A DNA stretch of 63,756 bases, filler included, from Octopus bimaculoides (Eukaryota): the NCBI RefSeq assembly GCF_001194135.2. It is 6 parts of 6 records of this genome, joined end to end, with 100 filler letters (N's around TTAATTAATTAA, not from the genome) between each part and the next. Parts side by side here need not be neighbours in the genome. Positions count along the whole stretch, not along the records: positions 39,022 to 60,254 come from NC_068995.1; positions 60,355 to 62,146 come from NW_026303574.1; positions 62,247 to 63,756 come from NC_068981.1; 3 more parts are not named here. One strand, 5' to 3'. Of the stretch, positions 50,225 to 62,549 are shown one piece after another. Under the pieces are notes generated by a model that was not told the origin of the DNA, did no database searches, and saw nothing but the letters and a program-made list of their open reading frames with translations. Position 1 is the first letter of the stretch. Every line of letters starts with the position of its first letter. Both the position numbers and the translations under genes were made by a program.

Positions 50225-50930
50225 ATCACCGTTTCATTCCAGTATCTTCTGCCATCTTGTTAGCAGATGCATGATTCTCTTCTCAGAAAAAATTCTTGTC
50301 TTTACTGGTAAAGAACTCTTCTGGGTGAAGTTTTACATCCTCTTCAGTGTTGAAGGCCTGTCCATTCAATGTACTTTTAAGATGCTAAAACAAGTGAAAA
50401 TCTGAAGGCTCAAGGTTAGGTGAATATGGAGAATGTGGCGAAACTTCCCAGTCAAATCCTAGTAACGTCTAGCCGCGCCTGCAAAGTGTGAGGCCTGGCA
50501 TTGTCCTGATGAAAGGCAATGATTTACGAATGACAAGCGCTGGATGCTTCTGGTGGATTGCTGCAGTTAATTTGCACGGATGGTTCCAGTACACATCTGA
50601 ATTGATCGCGGTCCGTGAGAAGATGCTCATAAAATGCATACTCTTCCAATCTCACCAAATTTAAATCATAACCATCTTCGGGTGAAGACCTGTCTTGGAA
50701 GTTGCTTATGGTGGTTCACTACACTTCGCCTATGATTGTGCTTCACATTGTTATGGACGATCCATTTTTCGTCCACTGTCACCATTCTCTTCAAAAGAAA
50801 AAATACAAAGGGTCGCTTTCTTCATGTTTCTGCAACGAATCACAAATGGAAAACTGTTCCGCAACAGCATCATCTCCGTACACAGCACATATCTACGACA
50901 GTTTTCCGATGCTTTCTTGCTTTTATTGAC
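50225..50930 (-). pseudogene. mariner (DD34D-type) transposase remnant
   Basis: Motifs KRMVTVDEKWIVHNN, GLHPKMVM, FHQDNARPHT and WEVSPHSPYSPNLEPSDFHLF, with stops and frameshifts. Confidence 0.88.
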
Positions 50931-52136
50931 ATAAAAAATAGGCCTTGTGGTTAGGGTGTTGCACTCACAATCATTAGCTCATAATCGTTAGATCGTGGTT
51001 TGTAATATTGGTGATGGTAGTATTGCACTAGTATTGGTGACAGTTGCACCCTCTTACCTTCTTAGACAAAACAATAAAATAATTGTAAAATATAAAAAAC
51101 GCAAAACAAAGAATTCATTATCAGAACGAAGGTGTTGACAGTGTAAATTAAACTTTTACGCAGTTATTTTTTATACTTTTTAGCTTATTGCTCCGTATGT
51201 TTTTTTTTTCTTCCCAAGGTTATGTTTTCACCTCAACATCCCCCACGAACATATATACACATACTTAATCAACCCAACGTCCTCTTCTCTTTGAATAACT
51301 TATCAAAATATTATCAGATATGTCGTGCAATAATGGAGCTGCTATCAGATATCAGTTCTAATGACTAATATCACTTTACACATTATTCGCATACTTAACC
51401 CATTTTGTTTTTACACAATTCCTATATGTGACCTTGTTATCGTAGTTTTCTACAGAACTCCCTACGCATCTACACTTCGTACACTTAGTCCCTCTCCCGT
51501 CGTGTTTAACATAATACAGCAATATATTAAGAAAGGGACCAATGATAACATCTTTTAAGCTGCCTTGCCATTCAACATTCTTGACAGAAAAAGCCCGTCA
51601 TTTCACATCCCCCAATTTTCTCTTTTTCAATTTTCTTTTCTTTCTGTTTTTTTTTCTTTCTTTTTCCTATTTCCTAATTCTAGTTCTACCCTGGGTTGTA
51701 TTACCACCCACACAACAGTTTGGTAAATGTTTTAGAAAGTTGATTTCTTATCATATATGATATCGTAAATATGGTCTAACAGTTTGGTAAACTTCACTCG
51801 GTTGAGACATTTGATTCTAAAACATCCAATTCTGAAAATTCCTACTGTCAATATATTTTTATGCCGCTTTTTTTTTTTAAATAGCAGTTTGCTGTAGACA
51901 AATACTTGGTATAAGTTCTTAATTTGTAGTGACGTAAAACTTGGTCAGCTTTTCACTTAAAAATGCGATCATATAACACAAAAAGTGGGAATTTAATTTA
52001 TTTCAAGTCTTCTTTGGCCAATTTAACCCTTTTTAGAATTACGTTCCTCATACAATCCCATAAATTAGCAGTACAAGACCGATCATATGAACAAAATGAA
52101 CAAAATAGTTGAATAATTGGTAAAGTATGACTTCGG

Positions 52137-52404
52137 CAGGGCCGGCACTAGGTAGTGCAGGGCCCAATTAGAGAAATGTCAGTGGAGCCCTCTACTCTAC
52201 AAAACTGAAGATTGATGTTTTATGCTTTGTGTAGTACGCCAGTTCCAGCTAAAAAGCGTTGAGGGCTTGGGGCTCCACCATTAGTCACAATGACTTACTA
52301 AACATTCATCATAGCACCCTCCGCTTGAGCGTGAATGTTGGGCCCTCTCTTGGCGCAGGACCCAATTTGAGCAAATCTGTTTTATGGACTTAAGGCTGGC
52401 CCTG
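52137..52404. mobile_element. hAT-type MITE (268 bp)
   Basis: Termini CAGGGCCGGC ... GCTGGCCCTG. Flanking 8-mers gacttcgg and cacttcgt (6/8 identical) are consistent with a decayed 8-bp TSD. Confidence 0.75.
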
Positions 52405-53179
52405 CACTTCGTCTATTGCTACGTCCAACTTTTGAGATTAAGACTGTTGTTACTATTGATTCAAGAACACTAACTAACAGGCCGAGAAATCTGAAGTAGA
52501 GTGGTACTGATGGCAGATTGTCTGACATAGATTTAGCTGTTGAGGAAACCAAACTCTAAATCTATGGGTTTACATTCGCGTCGCGGGCATTTGATGAATA
52601 ACGAGATATTCGCTAGAATGTCGAATTACAAATCCTTGAAAGTATAATGCCAACAGCATTGACCTCGCTAGGGGTCCAAAGGCATTTCAGCCGTGACTCA
52701 CCGTGTTTTAAGGATGCCCTGGGACTTCGTCATCTAATGTGGCCTTTCTTTATCTCAAACGATACAGTGTGGTTTGAGGGAAATTTGGTTGTCGTTTCTA
52801 GAAAGTTGAACAGCTACGTAGGTGATTCTCTTGGATATAATAGGTAAAAGGGGGAATAAATAGTGCTTGAAGTTATCATTTTCTGTACACCTCTTGAGAA
52901 TACATAAATATTCAACCAGTTTATAATTAAGATTTTTTTATTAATGCGTGCCCCCACCCTTACTGCTCCCCACATCACACACACTTTCCTATTAAAAAAT
53001 CTCCTCCCCTTACTCTCATTCTCTCTCTCCTCTCCTCGCTTTCATCCCTCTCCTCCTCTTTTCCTTTTATTTCCTCCTCCTTACTCCTACCCCAATCTCC
53101 AGCTGACTCGGTTGCAATAAACTCTTGTAGCCGGCATATTTGTTTCCTGCTTTGCATCCCTTACATCTACACACACAGA

Positions 53180-53213
<34 letters not shown>

Positions 53214-53669
53214 TACTCACACACAAGCCCACAAGCACACACAAGCACACAAGCACACCCAGGCACACACACACAAATGCTCCTATATATTACGCACGTC
53301 TGCATATAAATGCAAACACACATACACATGCTACAAACGCCTTATTCTTCTTTGTTCTCTTTAACTTCGCCCTCTTTATTACCCTAACCCACAACTTTCA
53401 AGAGCAACCAAGTCGTGTGGTTGACCTACAAGAAATAGCAGTCAAATTGTAAATTGATGAGGAGGCAGGCATAGCAGTGTAGTTAAGAAGTTTGATTTGA
53501 AAAACAGACAGCCACACGGTACTTTTGGTAAATTCCTCCTGCTATAGCTTCGGGTTAACGAATATTTTGTCGAGGTATTTTGGTAGACCAAACTATAGGG
53601 AAGATCGTCTTTGCTATCAGTAACTTAGCGATAAGCCAAGAAAGATCGTCGTTATCTCTATTTTGCGGA

Positions 53670-54010
53670 GCAAATCGGTTGCTTGCCAATCACATGGTTC
53701 CGTGTCAGTCCCACTGCGTGGCACTTTGGGCAAATGTCTTCTACTATAGCCTCGGGCCGACCAAAGCCTTGCGAGTGGATTTGATAGACGGAAACTGAAA
53801 GAAGCCCGTCGTGTGTGTGTGTGTTTGTGTTTGTATTTGTCCCTCACCATGCTTGACAACTGGTGTTAGTGTGTTTACGTCCCAGTTAGCTAGCGGCTCG
53901 GCAAAAGGAACTGATAAAACCAGGTTTAAAAAATAGTACTGGGGTCATTTAATTCGATTAAAAATTCTTCAGTTTGACGACTGAAACAAGTACGGGAAAA
54001 AGAAAGATAA
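53670..54010 (+). mobile_element. SINE family A
   Basis: Contains cacatggttccgtgtcagtcccactgcgtggcactttgggcaaatgtcttctactatagcctcgggccgaccaaagcc. Confidence 0.85.
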
Positions 54011-54178
54011 AAGATATACTCGTTATATTGCTGAGTCAGAATAATTAATGAGGAACATATTTATTAAACAGAAGGAAAGTTGTACGAAATGATAAACCAA
54101 TTAATGAGAGAAGGAAAAAGATATAATTGATTTACTCCCTCCCCCCAAATTTCAGGCCTTGTGCCTATAGTAGAAAGG

Positions 54179-54179
<1 letters not shown>

Positions 54180-54275
<96 letters not shown>

Positions 54276-54331
54276 TTGTTTTTGTTGTTGTTGTTGTTGT
54301 TATTGATGTTGTTGTTGTTGTTGCTGTTATT

Positions 54332-54373
<42 letters not shown>

Positions 54374-54375
54374 AT
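54180..54375. repeat. Compound (ATT)n(GTT)n microsatellite growing from a family B SINE tail
   Basis: Preceded by aaatttcaggccttgtgcctatagtagaaagg. Confidence 0.9.
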
Positions 54376-55169
54376 AAATTAAAATGTGTTGTAGGAGTAA
54401 AAACAGAGAACCAAAGCAACTATGCACCAGGATTTAGTTTCACAATCTCTATTGGGTTAATGAAGTCCAGTGGTCATGAAATACTTGAAGTGGCACTATT
54501 GGCAACCAAGACAGAAAGCTATAATCCTTAGCCTATGTACATGTACAGGCAAAGTACAGATGCATATTCAGAGCTCAACAGAGTAAATTTTTGAAGGAAC
54601 TACCATTTCCTTTCAGATCTATCGAGTTCCCCTATCGACCCCTAAACATATGTGTGCATATGTGTGTGTGTGTGTGTGCGTATGTGTGTATGTGTGTGTG
54701 GCAACACAAAACATACACGTCCATTCACGCGCTTAAAAACCACACATGAACGCTTTTACATATGTTCACTTAAACGTATATAAAGACTACACTCATGCAC
54801 AAGCTGATGCACGCAAACATTTACACAAAAGGCAAATTTCTTAATGTCTTTCAATCCACAGATTATGTATTTATAAATTGCATCGAGTGGTGCAGTAATG
54901 TGCATCAAGTTGATAGCGTAAAATAAATAAAATGTTGCTTAAGACAAACAATAAGGCAATATTCATAATGGCTTTACTTCCGGCTGCACAATTGCAGGTG
55001 CAGTTTGACAAATAAGCACCTACATCATCTGACTTCAATATTCTTATTTAATCCAGAACAGTAGAATAAGAAAAGCAAAATATGTATGTATGTATGTATG
55101 TATGTATTTATGTATGTATGTATGTATGTATGTATTTATGTATGTGTGCGTGAAAGCACATATATATTC

Positions 55170-55590
55170 TTTTATTCTTTTATTCTTTTACTTGTTTCAG
55201 TCATTTGACTGTGGCCGTGATGGAGCACCACATTGATGATCTTTTGTCGAACAAATAATCCCCAGGGTTTATTTTTTAAGCCTAGTACATATTCAATCAG
55301 TCTCTATTCCTCAACCGCTAAGTTACGGGAACAGAAGCACACGAACACTAGTTGTCAAGCAGTAGTAGGGGAACAAAGAGAGACACAAAGGCACACACAC
55401 ATATAGATATGTACATATATTTATATATATATATATATATATACGTCAAGCTTCTTTCAGTTTCCGCCTACCAAATCCACTCACTTTGGTCGACTTGAGG
55501 CTATAGTTGAAGACACTTGCCCAAGGTGCCACGCGGTGGGGTTGAACCTAGAACCCCATGTGGGTGAAAAGCAAGCTTTTTACTACACAC
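55170..55590 (-). mobile_element. SINE family A
   Basis: Reverse complement of the complete family A organisation. Confidence 0.82.
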
Positions 55591-56639
55591 CCACGCCTAT
55601 GTATATATNNNNNNNNNNNNNNNNNNNNNNNNNNNNNNNNNNNNNNNNNNNNNNNNNNNNNNNNNNNNNNNNNNNNNNNNNNNNNNNNNNNNNNNNNNNN
55701 NNNNNNNNNNNNNNNNNNNNNNNNNNNNNNNNNNNNNNNNNNNNNNNNNNNNNNNNNNNNNNNNNNNNNNNNNNNNNNNNNNNNNNNNNNNNNNNNNNNN
55801 NNNNNNNNNNNNNNNNNNNNNNNNNNNNNNNNNNNNNNNNNNNNNNNNNNNNNNNNNNNNNNNNNNNNNNNNNNNNNNNNNNNNNNNNNNNNNNNNNNNN
55901 NNNNNNNNNNNNNNNNNNNNNNNNNNNNNNNNNNNNNNNNNNNNNNNNNNNNNNNNNNNNNNNNNNNNNNATGTTCAACTTCCTCCCCTTTTTTCTCTCT
56001 CTACCACTCTTTCTCCTTACCCCTCGTTGATCACATGTGACCAGCGGCTACTGCATTCTTTCCTCTCTTGGCCACTGCCAAGCAAGTACGAACTTTCTTC
56101 TCTCTTCCCTTCAAGTTCGTCAAATCACAGCGTTCAGTATATATATATATTTTTTTTCTCGTCTGACCTAACAGCCCTCCATGTTTGTTTTCATTGTTTT
56201 CTGTTTGCCACTTAATTCCTCCGCATCACAAATTTTATTTAATTTTCTTTTGCGGGAAGAGCTATTCTAACAATGCGTCTTGCCCTAACTCTTCGAAACG
56301 CTTAGTTTAGAATAGGGGCAGCTGATGAAAGAAATGTTCTTTATGTGGCCTGTCTGTTTTCCTGTGTGTTCCTACCGTTGTTCGAAAATCAGTTTGTGGA
56401 ATAAAAAAATTGATCTACTGTCATGTAAAAAGTGTAACTGTAAAAATGCAGAATTATCGGAGTAATGGGCATTCAAAAAAGTATGTACGTATAGAACTGT
56501 ATGAATGAAATTGTTAATGTTTAAGATTAAAATTAAGGTGTGCAATAATAATGTTTAGCAGTTCAAAACTGTGAGTAATGAAATGCAGAATTAGGTCGGC
56601 TGATCGTGAGAATCAAATATTGATCGCTTCGTTAAATCT

Positions 56640-57135
56640 GCAGGTGGCATGGGTTATTTCCCTTGAGTTGTTTAAATAAAATATTAGTAATACGTAGTAG
56701 ATAGAAGGATCCATTGGAAGGGCCCTATTATCGGTGTTTTTCAACAATTTAAGTATGTCACAAGATTTCCAGACATGAGTTCTACTCACGTGTCAAATAA
56801 AGTATAAAAGTGATATTGTCTGCAAAAATTAGAAATAGGACACACAAAAAATCTATATTCAAAGTAATCGAACATAAGCAATGAAATGGGTTATTTCCCT
56901 TGAGTGTTTAAAAAAATATTGTACAGGTGTTATGGGTTATTTCCCATGGGTGTTTAAAATATTAGTTATATGGGGTAGATATAGAGGTCCCTTCCAGGGG
57001 CCGTATTATCGATTTTTTCAACAATCTAAGTATGTCACGAGGTTTCCAGACATGAATTCTACTCACGAGTCAAGTTTCATCAAAATCAATAAAACGATGT
57101 AAGAGGAGTTAGCTAACAACGCCTCAAACAAACAC
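56640..57135 (-). mobile_element. Probable non-autonomous Helitron-like sequence with an internal diverged duplication
   Basis: The - strand reads gtgtttgtttg...gattttgatgaaact, resembling Helitron-N 5' regions. Duplicated blocks: atgggttatttccc (56649, 56886, 56932) and aagtatgtcac...ttccagacatga.ttctactcacg (twice). Confidence 0.4.
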
Positions 57136-57457
57136 NNNNNNNNNNNNNNNNNNNNNNNNNNNNNNNNNNNNNNNNNNNNNNNNNNNNNNNNNNNNNNNNN
57201 NNNNNNNNNNNNNNNNNNNNNNNNNNNNNNNNNNNNNNNNNNNNNNNNNNNNNNNNNNNNNNNNNNNNNNNNNNNNNNNNNNNNNNNNNNNNNNNNNNNN
57301 NNNNNNNNNNNNNNNNNNNNNNNNNNNNNNNNNNNNNNNNNNNNNNNNNNNNNNNNNNNNNNNNNNNNNNNNNNNNNNNNNNNNNNNNNNNNNNNNNNNN
57401 NNNNNNNNNNNNNNNNNNNNNNNNNNNNNNNNNNNNNNNNNNNNNNNNNNNNNNNNN

Positions 57458-57975
57458 AACTTGAAGCACCTCCGGGTAAACAATATTCATTGTGCAATAT
57501 TTTGTTGGTGATGAAATGAATAAATTGTTGCTGCTTCCAACTCGTGAACAACCAACGTAGAGTTGGCCGTGGGAGAAGCATGTAACAAAGAGATCAAGTT
57601 CAACTCCCTTGAAGGATTGACCCTGAGATTTGTTAATTGAATACCAAAACTTAATTTGACTGGAAACTGAAACCTCTTAAATCCAAACAGAACATCTGTA
57701 GGTATGAGAGGAAATTTTGGAATAAAAACATTTTCGCTTTTGTGACTACCTGTTATGACTGTTGCCTGTAGGACATGGGGCTTCATGGAAGTAACAATTA
57801 AGCGAATTACACAGGCGAGGTAGATCAAGATTCCTAAGCAACATAATAGGAACATCCAGCTTTATTGTCAAGTTATGCGGTGGCATCCCAGAGGGTTTAA
57901 GAGTGTTCAGAAATTCAACAGGGTATTGAACAGCTTGATCTTGATAGTCTGTTGTGTGAATTGATGGAAAAGTCA
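57458..57975 (-). mobile_element. Helitron PIF1-like helicase C-terminal fragment
   Basis: Translates as YPVEFLNTLKPSGMPPHNLTIKLDVPIMLLRNLDLPRLCN/LIVTSMKPHVLQATVITGSHKSENVFIPKFPLIPTDVLFGFKRFQFPVKLSFG. Confidence 0.88.
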
Positions 57976-58149
57976 TTTCTGATGTATGTGTACTTGACAA
58001 TCACACATACACTCACACTCACATACACTCACATACACATTCACAGACACATACACACTCATACACAAACTGGTAAGTTACGGGAGTGTAAACACACCCC
58101 CACCGATTGTCAAGCAGTGGTGGGGGACGAACGCAGACACACAGACACA

Positions 58150-58209
<60 letters not shown>

Positions 58210-59640
58210 NNNNNNNNNNNNNNNNNNNNNNNNNNNNNNNNNNNNNNNNNNNNNNNNNNNNNNNNNNNNNNNNNNNNNNNNNNNNNNNNNNNNNNNNNNN
58301 NNNNNNNNNNNNNNNNNNNNNNNNNNNNNNNNNNNNNNNNNNNNNNNNNNNNNNNNNNNNNNNNNNNNNNNNNNNNNNNNNNNNNNNNNNNNNNNNNNNN
58401 NNNNNNNNNNNNNNNNNNNNNNNNNNNNNNNNNNNNNNNNNNNNNNNNNNNNNNNNNNNNNNNNNNNNNNNNNNNNNNNNNNNNNNNNNNNNNNNNNNNN
58501 NNNNNNNNNNNNNNNNNNNNNNNNNNNNNNNNNNNNNNNNNNNNNNNNNNNNNNNNNNNNNNNNNNNNNNNNNNNNNNNNNNNNNNNNNNNNNNNNNNNN
58601 NNNNNNNNNNNNNNNNNNNNNNNNNNNNNNNNNNNNNNNNNNNNNNNNNNNNNNNNNNNNNNNNNNNNNNNNNNNNNNNNNNNNNNNNNNNNNNNNNNNN
58701 NNNNNNNNNNNNNNNNNNNNNNNNNNNNNNNNNNNNNNNNNNNNNNNNNNNNNNNNNNNNNNNNNNNNNNNNNNNNNNNNNNNNNNNNNNNNNNNNNNNN
58801 NNNNNNNNNNNNNNNNNNNNNNNNNNNNNNNNNNNNNNNNNNNNNNNNNNNNNNNNNNNNNNNNNNNNNNNNNNNNNNNNNNNNNNNNNNNNNNNNNNNN
58901 NNNNNNNNNNNNNNNNNNNNNNNNNNNNNNNNNNNNNNNNNNNNNNNNNNNNNNNNNNNNNNNNNNNNNNNNNNNNNNNNNNNNNNNNNNNNNNNNNNNN
59001 NNNNNNNNNNNNNNNNNNNNNNNNNNNNNNNNNNNNNNNNNNNNNNNNNNNNGTTAGGGTTAAAGCAAATTTAAAATGAAAAAAGCAAATAAAACGAAGG
59101 TATGGAGATTAAATACGCTTTACATCGCTTAATGAGCCAAAGGAGTAAATGTAAACAACTGAATACTTGTCAGTGATTGGTTGAAATTATCGAAATAAGA
59201 CAATTTTTTACATGAAATAAATTCGAATACAAAAATATTTTTCTGTTCTATAACACAAAATAGATAAGTATACGAAGTTTGAAAGTCTTTCGGTACCAAA
59301 AACACTACGTAAAACATTAATGAAAAATGTGGCCCCGTTTTAAAAAAGATCCGTTAATAATTCTATGGAACCCCCTTTTGTACACAAGTATATAACACAT
59401 ACTTGTTTGTAGTTATAATCAAACTCCAACAAGCACAGACACAAACACGATTACCACCACCCACGTACAAACATCCAATTAAATAAGCAACCCACACACA
59501 AACACACCATCTTGTCATTCCTTCATCCAACACAGTTATTCATTTCCCTTTCGGCTTTCATTGTCTGTAATCTTAAACTATATGAACCTTGAGTTTTTAA
59601 TAACAATATAACTTAACAATCATAATTTAACTATTAATAT

Positions 59641-60170
59641 ATAGGCGTCAAGCTGACAGAATCGTTAGCATGCCGGACAAAATGCTTAGTTGCATTTCAT
59701 CCGTCTTACGTTCTGAGTTCAAATTCCGCCGGGGTCGACTTTTCCTTTCATTCCTTCAGGGTCGCTAAAATATGTACAATTTGAGCATTAGGTCAATGCA
59801 ATCGATTTATCCCTCGCCAAAATTGCTGGCCTTGTGCCAAAATTTGAAATCATTATATAGGCAGCGAGCTGGCATACTCGTTCGCAGGAAAGGCTAAATG
59901 CTTTGTGGCATTTCATCCGTCTTTACGTTCTGAGTTCAAATTCTACCGAGGTCGAATTTGCCTTTCATCCTTTCCGGGTCGATAAGTACCAGTTGAACAC
60001 TGTGGTCGTCGTAATTGACTTACTCACACACCCCTTGAAAAATGTTTTAGACGAATGAATCGATCCTAGAACTTAATTATTTTTGACCTTGTTACTTTCG
60101 AACCGGTAAGTTACGGGGACATAAACACACCAACGCTGGTTGTCAAGCGATAGTGGAGGACAAACACACA
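59641..60170. mobile_element. SINE cluster: two family B copies (+, about 59641-59850 and 59860-60025) and a family A 3' half (-, about 60050-60170)
   Basis: Same diagnostic sequences as the other copies in the window. Confidence 0.8.
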
Positions 60171-60205
60171 CACACACATACATATATACGTACATGCATA
60201 CATAC

Positions 60206-60254
<49 letters not shown>

Positions 60255-60354
60255 NNNNNNNNNNNNNNNNNNNNNNNNNNNNNNNNNNNNNNNNNNNNTT
60301 AATTAATTAANNNNNNNNNNNNNNNNNNNNNNNNNNNNNNNNNNNNNNNNNNNN
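60255..60354. other. Artificial scaffold join
   Basis: 44 N + TTAATTAATTAA (60299-60310) + 44 N. Confidence 0.95.
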
Positions 60355-60481
60355 CAAAATAGGGATTATGAAAGAAGTTTCTATAAAACTAGTTTTTAAA
60401 CATCAAATCGCTATAGGGGTCCACCAGAATAAAATGGTAATCAAAGAGGGTCCAGAGGTAAGAAATGGTTGAGAACCCCTG
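60355..60481. mobile_element. One end of a hAT (Charlie-type) MITE, cut by the scaffold join
   Basis: Ends in ggttgagaacccctg, the reverse complement of CAGGGGTTCTCAACC. Confidence 0.6.
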
Positions 60482-60702
60482 CCCTATGTTTTACATAGTT
60501 CAGCCTACCCCAGGTATTGGTATGCATGGGCGACTGCTGGTCCTCCATAAACAACCTTGCGCAGACTTGTGCCTCGGAGGAGAACTTTCTAGGTGCAATC
60601 CTTTTTTACCCTTTACTGACAGAAATGTAATTAATAATGAAGGAGTAATAGTGGTATTAATTAATTAATTAATTAATTAATCTTCTGCTGTAATAATTCC
60701 AG

Positions 60703-60771
60703 ATACCCAATCCTGATGAGATGTATCGCTTGGTTTACTATGGTGGAGTCTCTCATGACATCAGAAAACAG
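60703..60771 (+). CDS. SGSM: Internal coding exon at the start of a Rab-GAP TBC domain, SGSM1/2 (RUTBC)-like
   Basis: Acceptor taattccag| and donor AAACAG|gtgagt, 69 nt, phase 0-0. Translates as IPNPDEMYRLVYYGGVSHDIRKQ, which aligns ungapped to my recollection of SGSM2 [23 protein letters not shown] just before VWPFLLGHY. Other TBC families (TBC1D15/16/17/25) are less similar but not excluded. Confidence 0.8.
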
Positions 60772-60884
60772 GTGAGTCTCTCTCAGACATTCCATTGTTC
60801 CCACAAATTCACCCCTGTCCCAATCAATTAGTAAGTGCCTCCTCTTTGTCTATGATTGTAATGCCTGGTCTATTATTTTCTAGT

Positions 60885-61590
60885 GTGGAGGCACAATGGC
60901 CCAGTGGTTAGGGCAGCGGACTTGCGGTCATAGGATCGCGGTTTCGATTCCCAGATCGGGCGTTGTGAGTGTTTATTGAGTGAAAACACCTAAATGCTCC
61001 ACGAGGCTCCGGCAGGGGATGGTGGTGGCGAACCCTGCTGTACTCTTCCACCACAACTTTCTCTCACTCTTACTTCCTGTTTCTGTTGTGCCTGTAATTC
61101 AAAGGGTCAGCCTTGTCACACTNNNNNNNNNNNNNNNNNNNNNNNNNNNNNNNNNNNNNNNNNNNNNNNNNNNNNNNNNNNNNNNNNNNNNNNNNNNNNN
61201 NNNNNNNNNNNNNNNNNNNNNNNNNNNNNNNNNNNNNNNNNNNNNNNNNNNNNNNNNNNNNNNNNNNNNNNNNNNNNNNNNNNNNNNNNNNNNNNNNNNN
61301 NNNNNNNNNNNNNNNNNNNNNNNNNNNNNNNNNNNNNNNNNNNNNNNNNNNNNNNNNNNNNNNNNNNNNNNNNNNNNNNNNNNNNNNNNNNNNNNNNNNN
61401 NNNNNNNNNNNNNNNNNNNNNNNNNNNNNNNNNNNNNNNCTGTGTCACGCTGAATATCCCCCCCGAGAACTACGTTAAGGGTACACGTGTCTGTGGAGTG
61501 CTCAGCCACTTGCACGTTAATTTCACGAGCAGGCTGTTCCGTTGATCGGATCAACTGGAACCCTCGACGTCGTAAGCAACGGAGTGCCAA
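60885..61590 (+). mobile_element. SINE family C (tRNA-like head) interrupted by a 317-N gap
   Basis: A-box tggcccagtggttagg and B-box ggtttcgattccc. Both gap flanks appear to belong to the same element (inference), so the true gap may be much smaller. Confidence 0.72.
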
Positions 61591-61749
61591 CCAACCAACT
61601 GTTCTACAGTCATTGCCAAAATTTTGGAATATATTTTGTTATGGCCAGGTACAATTTGATTCAATTCAAATATATACAATATAGAGATATACTTACTTAA
61701 TAGCTGATCCAACTTAATAACTGTGGCAAAATTTGAAATAATAATAATT

Positions 61750-61847
61750 ATTATTACTACTACTACTACTACTACTGCTACTACTACTACTACCACCACA
61801 ACTACTACTGCTGCAGCTGCTACTACTACTACTACCACCACTACTAT

Positions 61848-61886
<39 letters not shown>

Positions 61887-61972
61887 TGCTACTACTGCTG
61901 CAGCTGCTACTACTACTACCACCACTACTACAGCTGCAGCTGTTACTACTACTACTACCACTGCTGCTGCTG

Positions 61973-62006
<34 letters not shown>

Positions 62007-62146
62007 CAACACTAGTACTACTACCACTGCTACTACTGCTGCAGCTGCTACTACTACTACCACTACTACTGCTGCAGCTGCTACTACTACTACTACTACC
62101 ACTACTACTGCTGCTGCTGCCACTACTACTACTACTACTACTACTA
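61750..62146. repeat. (ACT)n microsatellite with recurring actgctgcagctgctact higher-order units
   Basis: Directly visible. It follows a family B SINE tail-like gtggcaaaatttgaaat(aat)n. Confidence 0.9.
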
Positions 62147-62246
62147 NNNNNNNNNNNNNNNNNNNNNNNNNNNNNNNNNNNNNNNNNNNNTTAATTAATT
62201 AANNNNNNNNNNNNNNNNNNNNNNNNNNNNNNNNNNNNNNNNNNNN
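62147..62246. other. Artificial scaffold join
   Basis: 44 N + TTAATTAATTAA (62191-62202) + 44 N. Confidence 0.95.
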
Positions 62247-62549
62247 AACGCACGTAGGTACGTACGTTCGTTTGTTCGAACGTACGCACGTATATATGCG
62301 AAAGAACGAACGCACGTATGTACGTACGTTCGTTTGTTCGAACGTACGCACGTATATATGCGAAAGAACGAACGCACGTATGTACGTACGTTCCTTTGTT
62401 CGAACGTACGCACGTATATATGCGAAAGAACGAACGCAAGTAGGTACGTACGTTCGTTTGTTCGAACGTACGCACGTATATATGCGAAAGAACGAACGCA
62501 CGTAGGTACGTACGTTCTTTTGTTCGAACGAACGCACGTATATATGCGA
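62247..62549. repeat. 62-bp CpG-rich tandem repeat, about 5 copies, truncated by the scaffold join
   Basis: Units start at 62247, 62309, 62371, 62433 and 62495: aacgcacgta(g/t)gtacgtacgttcgtttgttcgaacgtacgcacgtatatatgcgaaagaacg. Confidence 0.93.

Noticed and set aside
56285-56345. GAAAC...CTGATGA arrangement suggesting a type II hammerhead
   Set aside because: No stem I can form and the stem II closing pair is mismatched.
60655-60680. (TTAA)n run resembling the linker
   Set aside because: It is not flanked by N and is a natural tetranucleotide microsatellite in the intron upstream of the TBC exon.
60885-60965. tRNA gene
   Set aside because: A/B boxes are present, but there is no complete cloverleaf and it continues into a SINE body. 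The same applies to the other SINE heads.
61723-62146. Mucin-like Thr/Ala-rich ORF
   Set aside because: It starts at a non-ATG codon in a SINE-tail-like sequence and is an (ACT)n expansion without splice signals.
62247-62549. CRISPR-like appearance of hairpin-containing repeats
   Set aside because: The units are contiguous, with no unique spacers and no cas genes, in a eukaryotic context.
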